IMG/VR virus record: IMGVR_UViG_3300029305_003710
Span: 20,153 to 84,152 of that record
DNA length: 64,000 nucleotides
Direction: 5' to 3' (one strand)
From: a virus
Lineage: Duplodnaviria > Caudoviricetes
The notes beneath the pieces are model-generated. The model did no database searches, was not told the origin of the DNA, and worked only from the letters and a program-made list of their open reading frames with translations. This document shows, in pieces, positions 16,971 through 25,576 of the stretch; position 1 is the stretch's first letter, and every line of letters begins with the position of its first letter. A program made the translations under genes and the position numbers.

Positions 16971-17122
16971 CAGAATTTACCACTTGATTGATTCCGTGAA
17001 ACGAAGTAAAATAATAAATAGGAAGACTTAGGCTCATACTTTCCACTAAGTCTTCTGTCATGCGGATAACCTCGACTTCGCCCACCCGAGTCGGGGTATT
17101 TTGTTGTGCTACAATCAGATTA

Positions 17123-17701
17123 ATGTATAAACGTCCTAAATGTAAAATCTGTGGCTCGAATACTCACTACACGTATGCGTGCTATAAAAAGCCTAAAAAA
17201 CCTATCGTAAAACGCAAAATAAAGCCCTTTCCAGCGACTTTAAGCTCAAAGACGATAAAAATATCGTCTGCGAAGAAAAACGAGCAATCGAAACGTAAAA
17301 AATTGATTAAAGACCTAGATAAATACACAAGCTTGATTTGTAGATGGAGCAAAGCGGATTCTAACGGTAACGTCCGATGCTACACCTGTGGAAGGTTGAT
17401 GCCAGTCTGGGAAGCCCAATGTGGACATTATATCTCTAGAAAATTTCAGCATACTAGGTGGCTTCAAACTAATGTACGCCCTCAAGGACGTTGCTGTAAT
17501 ATCTATAAATCGGGGAATTATCAAGTTTATGAGCCTAAAATCAAAGCGGAACTCGGAGAAGATGAGGTTCTCAAACTCTGGGACAAAGCTTACGATAAGC
17601 GAAAAATCCCAACTTATGAATTAGAGGAAATGTTAGTTAAGATTAAACAAGATTATAAGGAGTTGATTAATGCCCGTAAAGAAAAAGGCTGGAAGTGTTA
17701 A
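17123..17701 (+). CDS. NinG/Rap-like recombination endonuclease
   Basis: LD...S...R...D..G..RCYTCG, CGHYISR....TRW...NV.PQ...CN...SGN; probable leaderless ATG at 17123. Confidence 0.8.
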   Translation: MYKRPKCKICGSNTHYTYACYKKPKKPIVKRKIKPFPATLSSKTIKISSAKKNEQSKRKKLIKDLDKYTSLICRWSKADSNGNVRCYTCGRLMPVWEAQCGHYISRKFQHTRWLQTNVRPQGRCCNIYKSGNYQVYEPKIKAELGEDEVLKLWDKAYDKRKIPTYELEEMLVKIKQDYKELINARKEKGWKC

Positions 17702-17876
17702 AAAATCCGCCGAAGAGGAATATAGAAAATATACTTGTCTAGAGTGCGGAGCTAGGTTAACGAGCCAAGAAACTCGGCTCTTTTTAGAAGGACTGTATTG
17801 TATAGACCCGAACGGGGATTCAAGACAACTTTGTCTCTCGTGCAAAAGTTACTTTTCTAGGGAAAATACTATATAA
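17670..17876 (+). CDS. Small zinc-finger protein
   Basis: CLEC and CLSC pairs. Confidence 0.45.
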   Translation: MPVKKKAGSVKKSAEEEYRKYTCLECGARLTSQETRLFLEGLYCIDPNGDSRQLCLSCKSYFSRENTI

Positions 17877-17919
17877 TTAGAATATATCACCCAAAAGGAA
17901 AGAATAGCAGGAAAATAAA

Positions 17920-18645
17920 ATTGGACTAGATATGTATGTTTACCGAAAGCAAAAATTATCTTCAAATATCAGGGAGATAATGAATTGTATATCTGAAAAA
18001 AAAGCTGAGCCAAAAGCTAAACGCCTTTTTGAAGAGACCGAAGTTCTATATCTTAGAAAAGCTAATCAGATTCATAAATATTTTGTAGATAAATTCGCTG
18101 ATGGGAATGACGACTGCAAGCCAATCTATATCGAACTAGACGACCTTAAAGAACTAAAAGCAATTTGCGAACAAATTATTAAAGAAAGCTCATTGGCGGT
18201 AAACATTCTCAAGGGAGGATGGGGTAGTATTTTTCAAAAGAAGGATAAAAAGGTGAAACTTGGAAAACCTGATTATGAAGAAAAGACTTTCCGCCCACTT
18301 GAAGAAAAATGCTTATCTGAACTAAAAGCAGGAGATTGTTATTTTGCAAACGAGGGCAACACCCTTCGCTATATCGAAGAAATCGAAGACAAGGGTGATG
18401 AAGTTCGGATAGCTTATCAGGAGCTTTATCTGGGGAAAGAAATCGAAGATAAAAGCTTGGCGGAGAAGCTTCTCCCAACTCAAGAAGGATTTTTCTTCGG
18501 GAGCACAGATTACGATGAATGGTATCTTGCCGACCTTAAATCCTATATTGAGCAAGTAGATGAAATTATCAAAGACCATCAAGCCTTGATTGGCAGCGGA
18601 GTGAAGGACTGGGACATCGATTATTATTATCAAGCGAGCTGGTAG
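17920..18645 (+). CDS. Conserved phage hypothetical protein; probable ATT start (first ATG at 17932)
   Basis: (I)GLDMYVY..., YLRKANQIHKYFV, GFFFGSTDYDEWY, YYYQASW resembling a phage family beginning MGLDMY. Confidence 0.7.
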   Translation: MGLDMYVYRKQKLSSNIREIMNCISEKKAEPKAKRLFEETEVLYLRKANQIHKYFVDKFADGNDDCKPIYIELDDLKELKAICEQIIKESSLAVNILKGGWGSIFQKKDKKVKLGKPDYEEKTFRPLEEKCLSELKAGDCYFANEGNTLRYIEEIEDKGDEVRIAYQELYLGKEIEDKSLAEKLLPTQEGFFFGSTDYDEWYLADLKSYIEQVDEIIKDHQALIGSGVKDWDIDYYYQASW

Positions 18646-18993
18646 ATGGACTTTTCTGTTCTGAGGGAGGGGGCGTATCTCTGTTCTTATTCGGTTAATG
18701 GGGATTCCAACGAGCCGCCGTTTATCGCTAAACTGAAGAAAACTAAATCAGGATTTAAGTTAGATGTAGGGGAGGGCGGGATTGAGGTTATCAAACCAAT
18801 AGCCTGTATCGAGGATTTCTTAAAAAGGGGTTACAAAGTCGTCAAAAGGAATGGTAAGGTAGGTTCGAAGGATGTCTTGAGGGTTTGGAGCGAGACTAAT
18901 TTTACGGTCTATCCCAATCGCGCTGGGATTCCACTTTATTGTAAATTAGCTGAGCAACTGGTAAGAAAGGATAAAGGTAAAAGTCTATCTTGA
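18646..18993 (+). CDS. Hypothetical protein
   Basis: 115-aa ORF abutting the previous stop. Confidence 0.55.
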   Translation: MDFSVLREGAYLCSYSVNGDSNEPPFIAKLKKTKSGFKLDVGEGGIEVIKPIACIEDFLKRGYKVVKRNGKVGSKDVLRVWSETNFTVYPNRAGIPLYCKLAEQLVRKDKGKSLS

Positions 18994-19029
18994 ATACCGT
19001 CTTGGCTTATGGTACATTAGGAGTGGAGT

Positions 19030-19200
19030 TAAGAGCGGTGGAAAACACCGAAGCATAGATAAACCGCCGACTCAAGACCTTGAGGCTATGCTCAGTGGTC
19101 AAAGTCTTCCTTTCATGGGGAGCAAAAAGGTTCCTATCGCTAGTCCATGGTAAAGATAGGTCAGTCCACCCGCTACGGGTGGATTTCAGTCCTGAAGGAA
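19030..19200 (+). ncRNA. Candidate structured RNA/leader upstream of the GIY-YIG gene
   Basis: Helices CGGTG/CACCG (19036-50), AGCATAG/CTATGCT (19052/19092) enclosing CTCAA/TTGAG, CCTATC/GATAGG, TCCACCCG/CGGGTGGA; -10-like TACATT at ~19012. Confidence 0.35.
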
Positions 19201-19207
19201 GATATAA

Positions 19208-19909
19208 GTGCAAGACAGAAATCTTTTTAGTATTATCCATTGCGAGAATAGCACTCCTGAAGCTAAGGCCTTAAAACCTAAAGGTCGTCCCAAACGGCAA
19301 AAGGGATTTATAACTCCTAAAAAGGGAATCTTTTATCTGTATTTTCTGAAATGCCAACATAGATGGGATTATGTTGGGGTAACAAAAAATTGGCGGGGGC
19401 GAATAAAAGAGCATATCAAAGGAGAAGGAGCGAAATTCACACGTCGTCACTCCCCTATAAAGGTGATAGGGGTATGGAGACTTGGAGAACTCAATTATAG
19501 CGAAGCCGAGGAAATTGAGGACAATTTTACTCTAGAGATGATGGCGAAACATAAAGGAAGGGTACGAGGCGGGCATTTTTTGGAAGAAAAATTAAAACCG
19601 GAAGAACTCCTTAAATGCTATGTCGTCCAAGAGGGGTGTATTGCCAAATATGAACGAATAAATGTCCCGATGGATATGATTGGGAGTTGTCATTCTATCG
19701 CATCAAAACAAAAAACAAAAGCAAAGCGGGCAAAAATATCTAGACGTTGTAAAGATAAGCAGGTCGCAAAAATGCTAGGGTTAAAAGGAATGTCTTTTGA
19801 TGAGGCGGTGGATACCCTATACGATTATTGGGTGTCGGAGGGGGAGTTGACAAAAACGAGAGATTGTGCCGAGAAAAAGATTTTACAAAAAGGATGGTAT
19901 ATCCCGTAA
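19208..19909 (+). CDS. GIY-YIG nuclease domain protein (start uncertain)
   Basis: FYLYFLKC....YVGVT.N...RI.EH..G.GAKFT. Confidence 0.75.
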   Translation: MQDRNLFSIIHCENSTPEAKALKPKGRPKRQKGFITPKKGIFYLYFLKCQHRWDYVGVTKNWRGRIKEHIKGEGAKFTRRHSPIKVIGVWRLGELNYSEAEEIEDNFTLEMMAKHKGRVRGGHFLEEKLKPEELLKCYVVQEGCIAKYERINVPMDMIGSCHSIASKQKTKAKRAKISRRCKDKQVAKMLGLKGMSFDEAVDTLYDYWVSEGELTKTRDCAEKKILQKGWYIP

Positions 19910-20670
19910 TAAGTTTTTTCTTTAGGGACAGATTTGGTCTGAAGGCATAATATAAGGATGGAGGTAAAAGGGGTATATTGTCTTCGGATAGGCTTCGCCT
20001 TATCCGTGGTCGTTGGCACGACCAAATTAGTTTGTAGTTTAGAAGGTGAATTGTTTAGGAAGATGTTTTCGATTGGTCGCAAGATGGAGTGGACAAGCTG
20101 GTTGAAGAAATAGACCCCCTTACCCCCATAAGCATAAGGCAAATAAAACAACTTAAACTTGTGGAGATAAAGGAGGTCTAATGGCAATCTGGAGAGTTGT
20201 CTCGGCAGTGTCATAGTGGGTTCTATCCCTTCGGCTCGATGTATCTCAATCGCCAGCCTCATTTTAATTAGAGTCAAATGTTTCGTTGAACTCTTGAACC
20301 CAAACAAAACCGCTCGCCCAAACATTCCCTCGTATATATAGCCATAATGGTCTTCCCATTATGCGAAAGAACCTTCGCTTGGTTAGGCTACTTGTCTAAA
20401 CTCTTGTTCCCATCTATAAATAGAAGTTTCTGTCTAGCTTTTGCCATTCGAGCATTCCAGACTTACACTGGTCTCGGTAGATTCCGTGTCTTGTCACCCA
20501 AGAGCAAAAACGATTTTATCCTTGGGAGAATAATTACGTTTATGTTCGACTACTCCCTGCACACTTTACAAGAATTAGCTCTTTGTGATATACTAGTTCT
20601 TGTAGTGTGTTTTTGTAGTTAGCTCTATTATAACACATTTGTGTTGTAAGGCTGTGGTACACTATGTTCT

Positions 20671-20690
20671 AGCCTCCCTTCGGGGAGGTT
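20671..20690 (+). terminator. Terminator hairpin, identical copy near 25478-25493
   Basis: CCTCCCTTCGGGGAGG followed by a T-run at both sites. Confidence 0.6.
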
Positions 20691-20761
20691 TTATGCTATA
20701 ATAAGAGTAGATTATTTTTCTTATAAACAGAGCCCCTAGAGGGTCTAATACTAGGAAACCT

Positions 20762-22129
20762 ATGAACTTCAAAAACAGAATTATCACTGCCCTTGGTGGC
20801 GTGCCTAAAGAGACCAACAGTGTCCGTGGCAACGACTTCCTTCGCTTTGGAGCTAGAGAACGGCTCGTCGATGACTGGAAGGAAGTCAAAATGGACGACG
20901 AAGATGTTTATAAAGGCTATCCGTATGCGGCAATACAAAAACGTGCAAACAAAGTAGCAACCCTTGCAAGGGAAAATCTCTATACTTGGGCAAAACCCGA
21001 AGTGGTAGACGAATTCCAAAAACATGACCAAGACCCTCTTCACCCTTATCTCAAATTAATTGAGGACTCGGAGGATTTCTCATTTAAACAGTTTTGGAAA
21101 ACTATTTGTATTTATTTAGACTTAGCAGGTGCTTTTTATCTAGGCGCTGTTAGGAATGGTAGGTTCAGCAAAGACCCTAACTATCCAAGCATCTTTGGTG
21201 ATATTACCAAATTTGTTCTACTTAACCCTTATGAAATCAAACGTGTTCTCGATTCCGATGGGAAGGTTGCGGGCTATTTAGAAACCAAAAAAGACGGCAG
21301 GCAACGTGAGTGGCCTACTCACATGATTATCGCTATGCGGGAGCTTAATCCTTTTAACTGGGATAGGGTGTGGAGTATGACCGACGCCGCTAAAGAAGAA
21401 ACTTATACCCTTAAACAATCGGGAAACTTTACTCGTGAGACCTTGAATGGGAATCTTAATGCTCCTGGTATTCTTACTACTGACGTAATCCTAGAGGACA
21501 ATCAGTTTGCTGATTTTGTATCTAGGGTTAAGAATCATACCAAAGGCGAACCTGTATTTGGCAACGGCACTGGGGCTATCAAATGGGAATCTATGCAACA
21601 AGACCTTGATAGAGCTGCTCTCATGGACATCAACGAAATTAATCGCACAGCTCTATTCGCCGTATCAGGGACTTCTAAAACCGCTTTAGGGATTGAACAA
21701 TCTGGCACTACTCGTGAGACTGCTAGAGTTCAGACCGAACAATTCATCTCCGACACCGTCCAACCTAGGCTAGAAGATATTATCGACTTCTTGAACCTAG
21801 ATTACAAACGATTCTACGCTAGAGAATATAAAACTACCGGCTATTGGATTGATATTAAATCCGCCGCGTCTCGTGATTACACTACGGAAACCCAAGCAAC
21901 CCAAATGCGACAAGCACAATCGAGTCTGGCGTTTGAACTAATGCAAAAAGGCTATACTACACAATCCTCCTACGATTATGCGGAAGGCAAGATTGAACTT
22001 TCTGGCCTTGAGCTTGAAAAGGGTTGGATAAACCTCAAATCGCTGAGGAGTCTAGTATCCCTCCCAAAAATACCCCCTCAGACGCTCCAGAATCGCCTAC
22101 AAGCGACGATAATGAAAAAGATGATATGA
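20762..22129 (+). CDS. Portal protein
   Basis: Position after terminase; G.AF segment, N...PG.L.T..., ....I......G.S...LG, T.QPRLE.I.D.LN typical of HK97-like portals. Confidence 0.85.
   Translation: MNFKNRIITALGGVPKETNSVRGNDFLRFGARERLVDDWKEVKMDDEDVYKGYPYAAIQKRANKVATLARENLYTWAKPEVVDEFQKHDQDPLHPYLKLIEDSEDFSFKQFWKTICIYLDLAGAFYLGAVRNGRFSKDPNYPSIFGDITKFVLLNPYEIKRVLDSDGKVAGYLETKKDGRQREWPTHMIIAMRELNPFNWDRVWSMTDAAKEETYTLKQSGNFTRETLNGNLNAPGILTTDVILEDNQFADFVSRVKNHTKGEPVFGNGTGAIKWESMQQDLDRAALMDINEINRTALFAVSGTSKTALGIEQSGTTRETARVQTEQFISDTVQPRLEDIIDFLNLDYKRFYAREYKTTGYWIDIKSAASRDYTTETQATQMRQAQSSLAFELMQKGYTTQSSYDYAEGKIELSGLELEKGWINLKSLRSLVSLPKIPPQTLQNRLQATIMKKMI
22018..22048 (+). other. Candidate programmed -1 ribosomal frameshift site
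   Basis: Slippery A AAG GGT (22018-24) in the portal frame, 8-nt spacer, hairpin CCTCA/TGAGG (22033-48); the -1 frame is the 760-codon downstream ORF. Confidence 0.45.
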
Positions 22130-24306
22130 CTCCCATCTCGGAAGAAAACTCGGCTAAAATAAGCCAAAATCAGGCACCAGAATCGCAGGGGTGGGTGGGG
22201 ATTAAAACGAGCCCTATTGGAGTGAGAGAACGGCTCTCCGAGATTTTGAAAAAAGATTTATACAATGGGGATTTACAAGGAGAAACGAGCAACATTCCTG
22301 CTGAGGAGAATCCTCATTTTACGGCAGTTTACGGATTAACAGCCCAAGGCATGAAGGGGATAAGAGAATATCTAAATGAGAAAATCCAGACTCTTTCTAG
22401 TGTGAAAATTAAAAATATAGATGTTTTCGAACCGGATAGAGACTATAAAGTTATAGTCGCCCGTTTGGAAAAAACCGCTGATATTAGCAATCTACACCAA
22501 GAGCTTTTGGAAAGGGGGCATTACGACCAAGAGTTTCCAGAGTATAAACCCCATATCACTTTATGCTATGTTAATAAAAACGCTAATGCTGATAAGTTTT
22601 TAGAGGCTTTTCGAGACCTGAAAGGGCAGACAATCAAAATTATCGGGTATGATTTGTCATATCCAGAGGATACACAAGAAAATACTACCCTTATCTTTAG
22701 GGAAGGCTTAATCCCTCATCAAGAACTGCTAGAAAACTCAAAAAAAGCTGAAACCTCTGAAGAAGTAACTTTGGATTCCCGACTTCAGGAATCCAAACAT
22801 AACCATCAAGAATGCGACTGTGGTAAAGTTGAAGTTTTGATAAACGAACTTGGGGAAGACGGCAAAACTCTCGAAGAATCTTATAAAAAATTTCTAACTG
22901 ATATTGAATCAGTTCAAAAGGAAACTTACAAAGCCTGCGTCTCGAAACTTACAGTAAATGCTTTTACCGAAGAAGATATCATCGGGGAGCGTAAAAAACG
23001 CAACCTGACTAATAAGTTGAAGAGTATCATTCAAAACTACTGGTGGATTCTCACTCCCTTGCTGGCTAACTCTCTGATGAAAGACCGAAACGAAGAATTT
23101 GGCGAGAACGTAAAGTTTGTTTTTACTAATGAACTCCAAAACAAGGTCGAAAATAATGCCTCAAGGGTTGCCGAGGGACACATGGAAACCATCTTGAACG
23201 ATGTCCTCACGGCTTCCAACCGAGCCTACACCGAGATTACAGAACGAAAGGCTGCCGAACTGATTATCGAGGCTTACAAGGCCAATCAGCCTAAATATGT
23301 AAAGTATTTTGAAGAGCAACCAAGTATGACCGAGGCTCTACAAGCCATCAGGAATACCGATATTTTGGACGAAAACCGCAAGATTTATGAACGAGCCAAC
23401 GAACTCGCCATGCAAGGCTACAAGCGGGAAGATATTATCAAAGACATTCGAGCTAGGTATAATCAACTAAGCGAAAAACGAGCAGAAGTTATCGCAAGAA
23501 ACGAAACCTCAAGGGCGTATTCTCATTCTCAATATGAGGCTGATACGCAATTCCTCAACTCAATTGGACAGCTAGACACGGCCTATAAGGAGCTTTACTC
23601 CCTCCGACCGGAGAACGAAAAGGACAAAATCTGCCCTATCTGTGAGGCGATTATCAACCAAGGGCCAATTCCCTTTACTCAGAACTTTGTCTCGTTAGGG
23701 GAAACAATCACAACGGAGCGGGACGGGAAAGTTTATAACTTTCTCTGCAACTACGAGAATATCGAGGGAGGGACAATTCATGTGAATTGCTTTTGTAGGT
23801 ATAGACTAATCTTAAACGGAAAGACTTTGAATGAAGTACCTGATAATGGGCTTGATATTGATGGCCCTAATGATGGGAGGATTGATAATAATAGCTTTGA
23901 TAGCGAAGCCAAAACATTGAACGACACCTACGACGCTACCGGACGCAAACATGACGAAAAAGGCAGATTTACAGAGAAGATAGGGCAAGTTAAAGAGAAA
24001 GATGGGGCTTATCATGTCGTCACGGGGCACACAGAGGGAATGTTCCCGATTGAAGAAACTCGTATCTTTGACGAGAAAAAAGACGCAGAAATATTTAGTG
24101 GTACTTTAAGGGCTGGGGCTAAATCTAAAACAGAAGCTTCAGTAGAAATCAGAGGGAGAGGAAGAGAATATTGGATTTCCTATGAGTTTACTGATTCCGC
24201 TATACCAGAAACCGGAGAATATAAAACTTACTCCGAAGCTGCTTTGGCGAAAGAAGGGTTCGAACTTGGAAGACAACTATCTTTAAGGAGAGGACGTAAA
24301 AAGTGA
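22024..24306 (+). CDS. 2H-phosphoesterase + MuF (head morphogenesis) multidomain protein
   Basis: Two HxT motifs (NPHFTAVYG, KPHITLCY); MuF RAEVIARNET.RA, CPIC, HVNCFC; HDEKGRF motif. Confidence 0.8.
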   Translation: MDKPQIAEESSIPPKNTPSDAPESPTSDDNEKDDMTPISEENSAKISQNQAPESQGWVGIKTSPIGVRERLSEILKKDLYNGDLQGETSNIPAEENPHFTAVYGLTAQGMKGIREYLNEKIQTLSSVKIKNIDVFEPDRDYKVIVARLEKTADISNLHQELLERGHYDQEFPEYKPHITLCYVNKNANADKFLEAFRDLKGQTIKIIGYDLSYPEDTQENTTLIFREGLIPHQELLENSKKAETSEEVTLDSRLQESKHNHQECDCGKVEVLINELGEDGKTLEESYKKFLTDIESVQKETYKACVSKLTVNAFTEEDIIGERKKRNLTNKLKSIIQNYWWILTPLLANSLMKDRNEEFGENVKFVFTNELQNKVENNASRVAEGHMETILNDVLTASNRAYTEITERKAAELIIEAYKANQPKYVKYFEEQPSMTEALQAIRNTDILDENRKIYERANELAMQGYKREDIIKDIRARYNQLSEKRAEVIARNETSRAYSHSQYEADTQFLNSIGQLDTAYKELYSLRPENEKDKICPICEAIINQGPIPFTQNFVSLGETITTERDGKVYNFLCNYENIEGGTIHVNCFCRYRLILNGKTLNEVPDNGLDIDGPNDGRIDNNSFDSEAKTLNDTYDATGRKHDEKGRFTEKIGQVKEKDGAYHVVTGHTEGMFPIEETRIFDEKKDAEIFSGTLRAGAKSKTEASVEIRGRGREYWISYEFTDSAIPETGEYKTYSEAALAKEGFELGRQLSLRRGRKK
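22076..22103 (+). repeat. Dispersed DNA motif, copy D
   Basis: 27/28 nt match to the reverse complement of 54764-54791. Confidence 0.75.
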
Positions 24307-24608
24307 ATATCTATTTGTATTCGATTTCCTGCGAAGGTTGTTCTGGCAATCACGCCTTGAGCAAAATCCAACAAGCCTGCAAACAACAAGATGTAGATTT
24401 CCAAGAACGCCGAACTATCTTCTGGGACAGATGGGAGAAAGAAGCCGATGAGATTATGAAACTCAACCCAGGGCTTGAACTTCCTTTCTACTACTTCGAG
24501 GAGACTGGAGACACTCTGCCTGGGTCGAGTCTCCTACTCCTAGACACTATTGAACGCTGGGTTAAAAAGAACAAGGAGCTGTATGCCAGTCAGAAAAGTC
24601 AAACTTAA
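24303..24608 (+). CDS. Small thioredoxin/glutaredoxin-like CxxC protein
   Basis: N-terminal SCEGC and later LPFYY; GTGA overlap. Confidence 0.45.
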   Translation: MNIYLYSISCEGCSGNHALSKIQQACKQQDVDFQERRTIFWDRWEKEADEIMKLNPGLELPFYYFEETGDTLPGSSLLLLDTIERWVKKNKELYASQKSQT

Positions 24609-24720
24609 AGATGGAACAGTAGGTTATTAGTGGGGAACTACTGGGAAAATCTACAAACGTAAAAAGGACGCGGAAAAACAGGGGTTAGCGATATTATTAA
24701 GCCAAAGGAAAAAACGTAAA
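24583..24720 (+). pseudogene. Small phage ORF interrupted by an in-frame TAG (or amber read-through extension of the next ORF)
   Basis: SD AAGGAG; MPVRKVKLKDGTVGY-TAG(24628)-WGTTGKIYKRKKDAEKQG..., in frame with ATG 24721. Confidence 0.45.
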
Positions 24721-25452
24721 ATGAAAATCTCTAGACAAACTTATAATGAACTAAAAGAACGACTCAATAAGTTAGAAAAGCTCGTCAACGGCGGTGAGGG
24801 AAGTGGAAACTTCGGACACGCAGGGAGACCAGGGGAAAGAGGTGGTTCTGCTCCAGAAGGGAGTGGGGGAGATATAAAGACTAATCTCCGTGAGGGGTAT
24901 GGAAGATTTTCGCAGGCTAAACTCGATGAGGATGATTTTTCGCTTCCTGCGAGAGAAGATAAGGGAAAGATATTAAGTAGAGTTGATGGGGAAGCAGTAA
25001 GGGATGTTATTTTCGTAAAAGCAGTAGCATCTCAATTAGGAGAACAAGAGTGGCGGGGAAAATTAGATGGCATTAAAGACCCGACGACAAAAGAGTATGC
25101 TGAGACACAAAGGCAATTAGCAAGAGATATGGTATTTGTTGCCGAGGCTATTTTGGATGGGGTCACTACAAGCGCGGGGATAGATTATTTGCAGGGAAGT
25201 CGTAAAGACGCGGACGCGAAGATGGCTCGATTGTCATTAGATATGAGGGGATATGATACGGCTTTAACGAAGTTAGGGGAGGCTGTTTATAAAGGAGCGA
25301 ATGAGCAGCAGTCTAAAATGTTGCGAGAAAATGATAAAGTATTGCAAGCGTCTTACGATAAATTGGAAAAAGCTTATAGAAAATACACCGATGCGTCGGG
25401 GAATGCGGAAAAAGAAGTCGATATCTCTGACTTAATCAAACCCCGTAGATAA
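24721..25452 (+). CDS. Head-associated protein with GGEGSGNFGHAGRPG motif
   Basis: The motif recurs in phage head-morphogenesis-linked proteins; helical C-terminal region. Confidence 0.65.
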   Translation: MKISRQTYNELKERLNKLEKLVNGGEGSGNFGHAGRPGERGGSAPEGSGGDIKTNLREGYGRFSQAKLDEDDFSLPAREDKGKILSRVDGEAVRDVIFVKAVASQLGEQEWRGKLDGIKDPTTKEYAETQRQLARDMVFVAEAILDGVTTSAGIDYLQGSRKDADAKMARLSLDMRGYDTALTKLGEAVYKGANEQQSKMLRENDKVLQASYDKLEKAYRKYTDASGNAEKEVDISDLIKPRR

Positions 25453-25576
25453 TTCCAAGCTGTGTTATAATACACTCCTCCCTTCGGGGGAGGTTTTTTA
25501 TATCAGAGGTAAAAACTCCCTATTTGGTAAAATAGAAATAGATATTATACCTTTTTAATGTTAGGCAAAGGATTCA

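Noticed and set aside
19007-20030. Second group I intron around the GIY-YIG ORF
   Set aside because: I could not identify convincing P7 R/S pairing, a P1 U.G splice site or flanking exons that rejoin.
19825-20622. ORFs 19825-20325 (-) and 20347-20622 (+) as genes
   Set aside because: No recognisable motifs, weak or absent SD, and one overlaps the GIY-YIG gene antisense.
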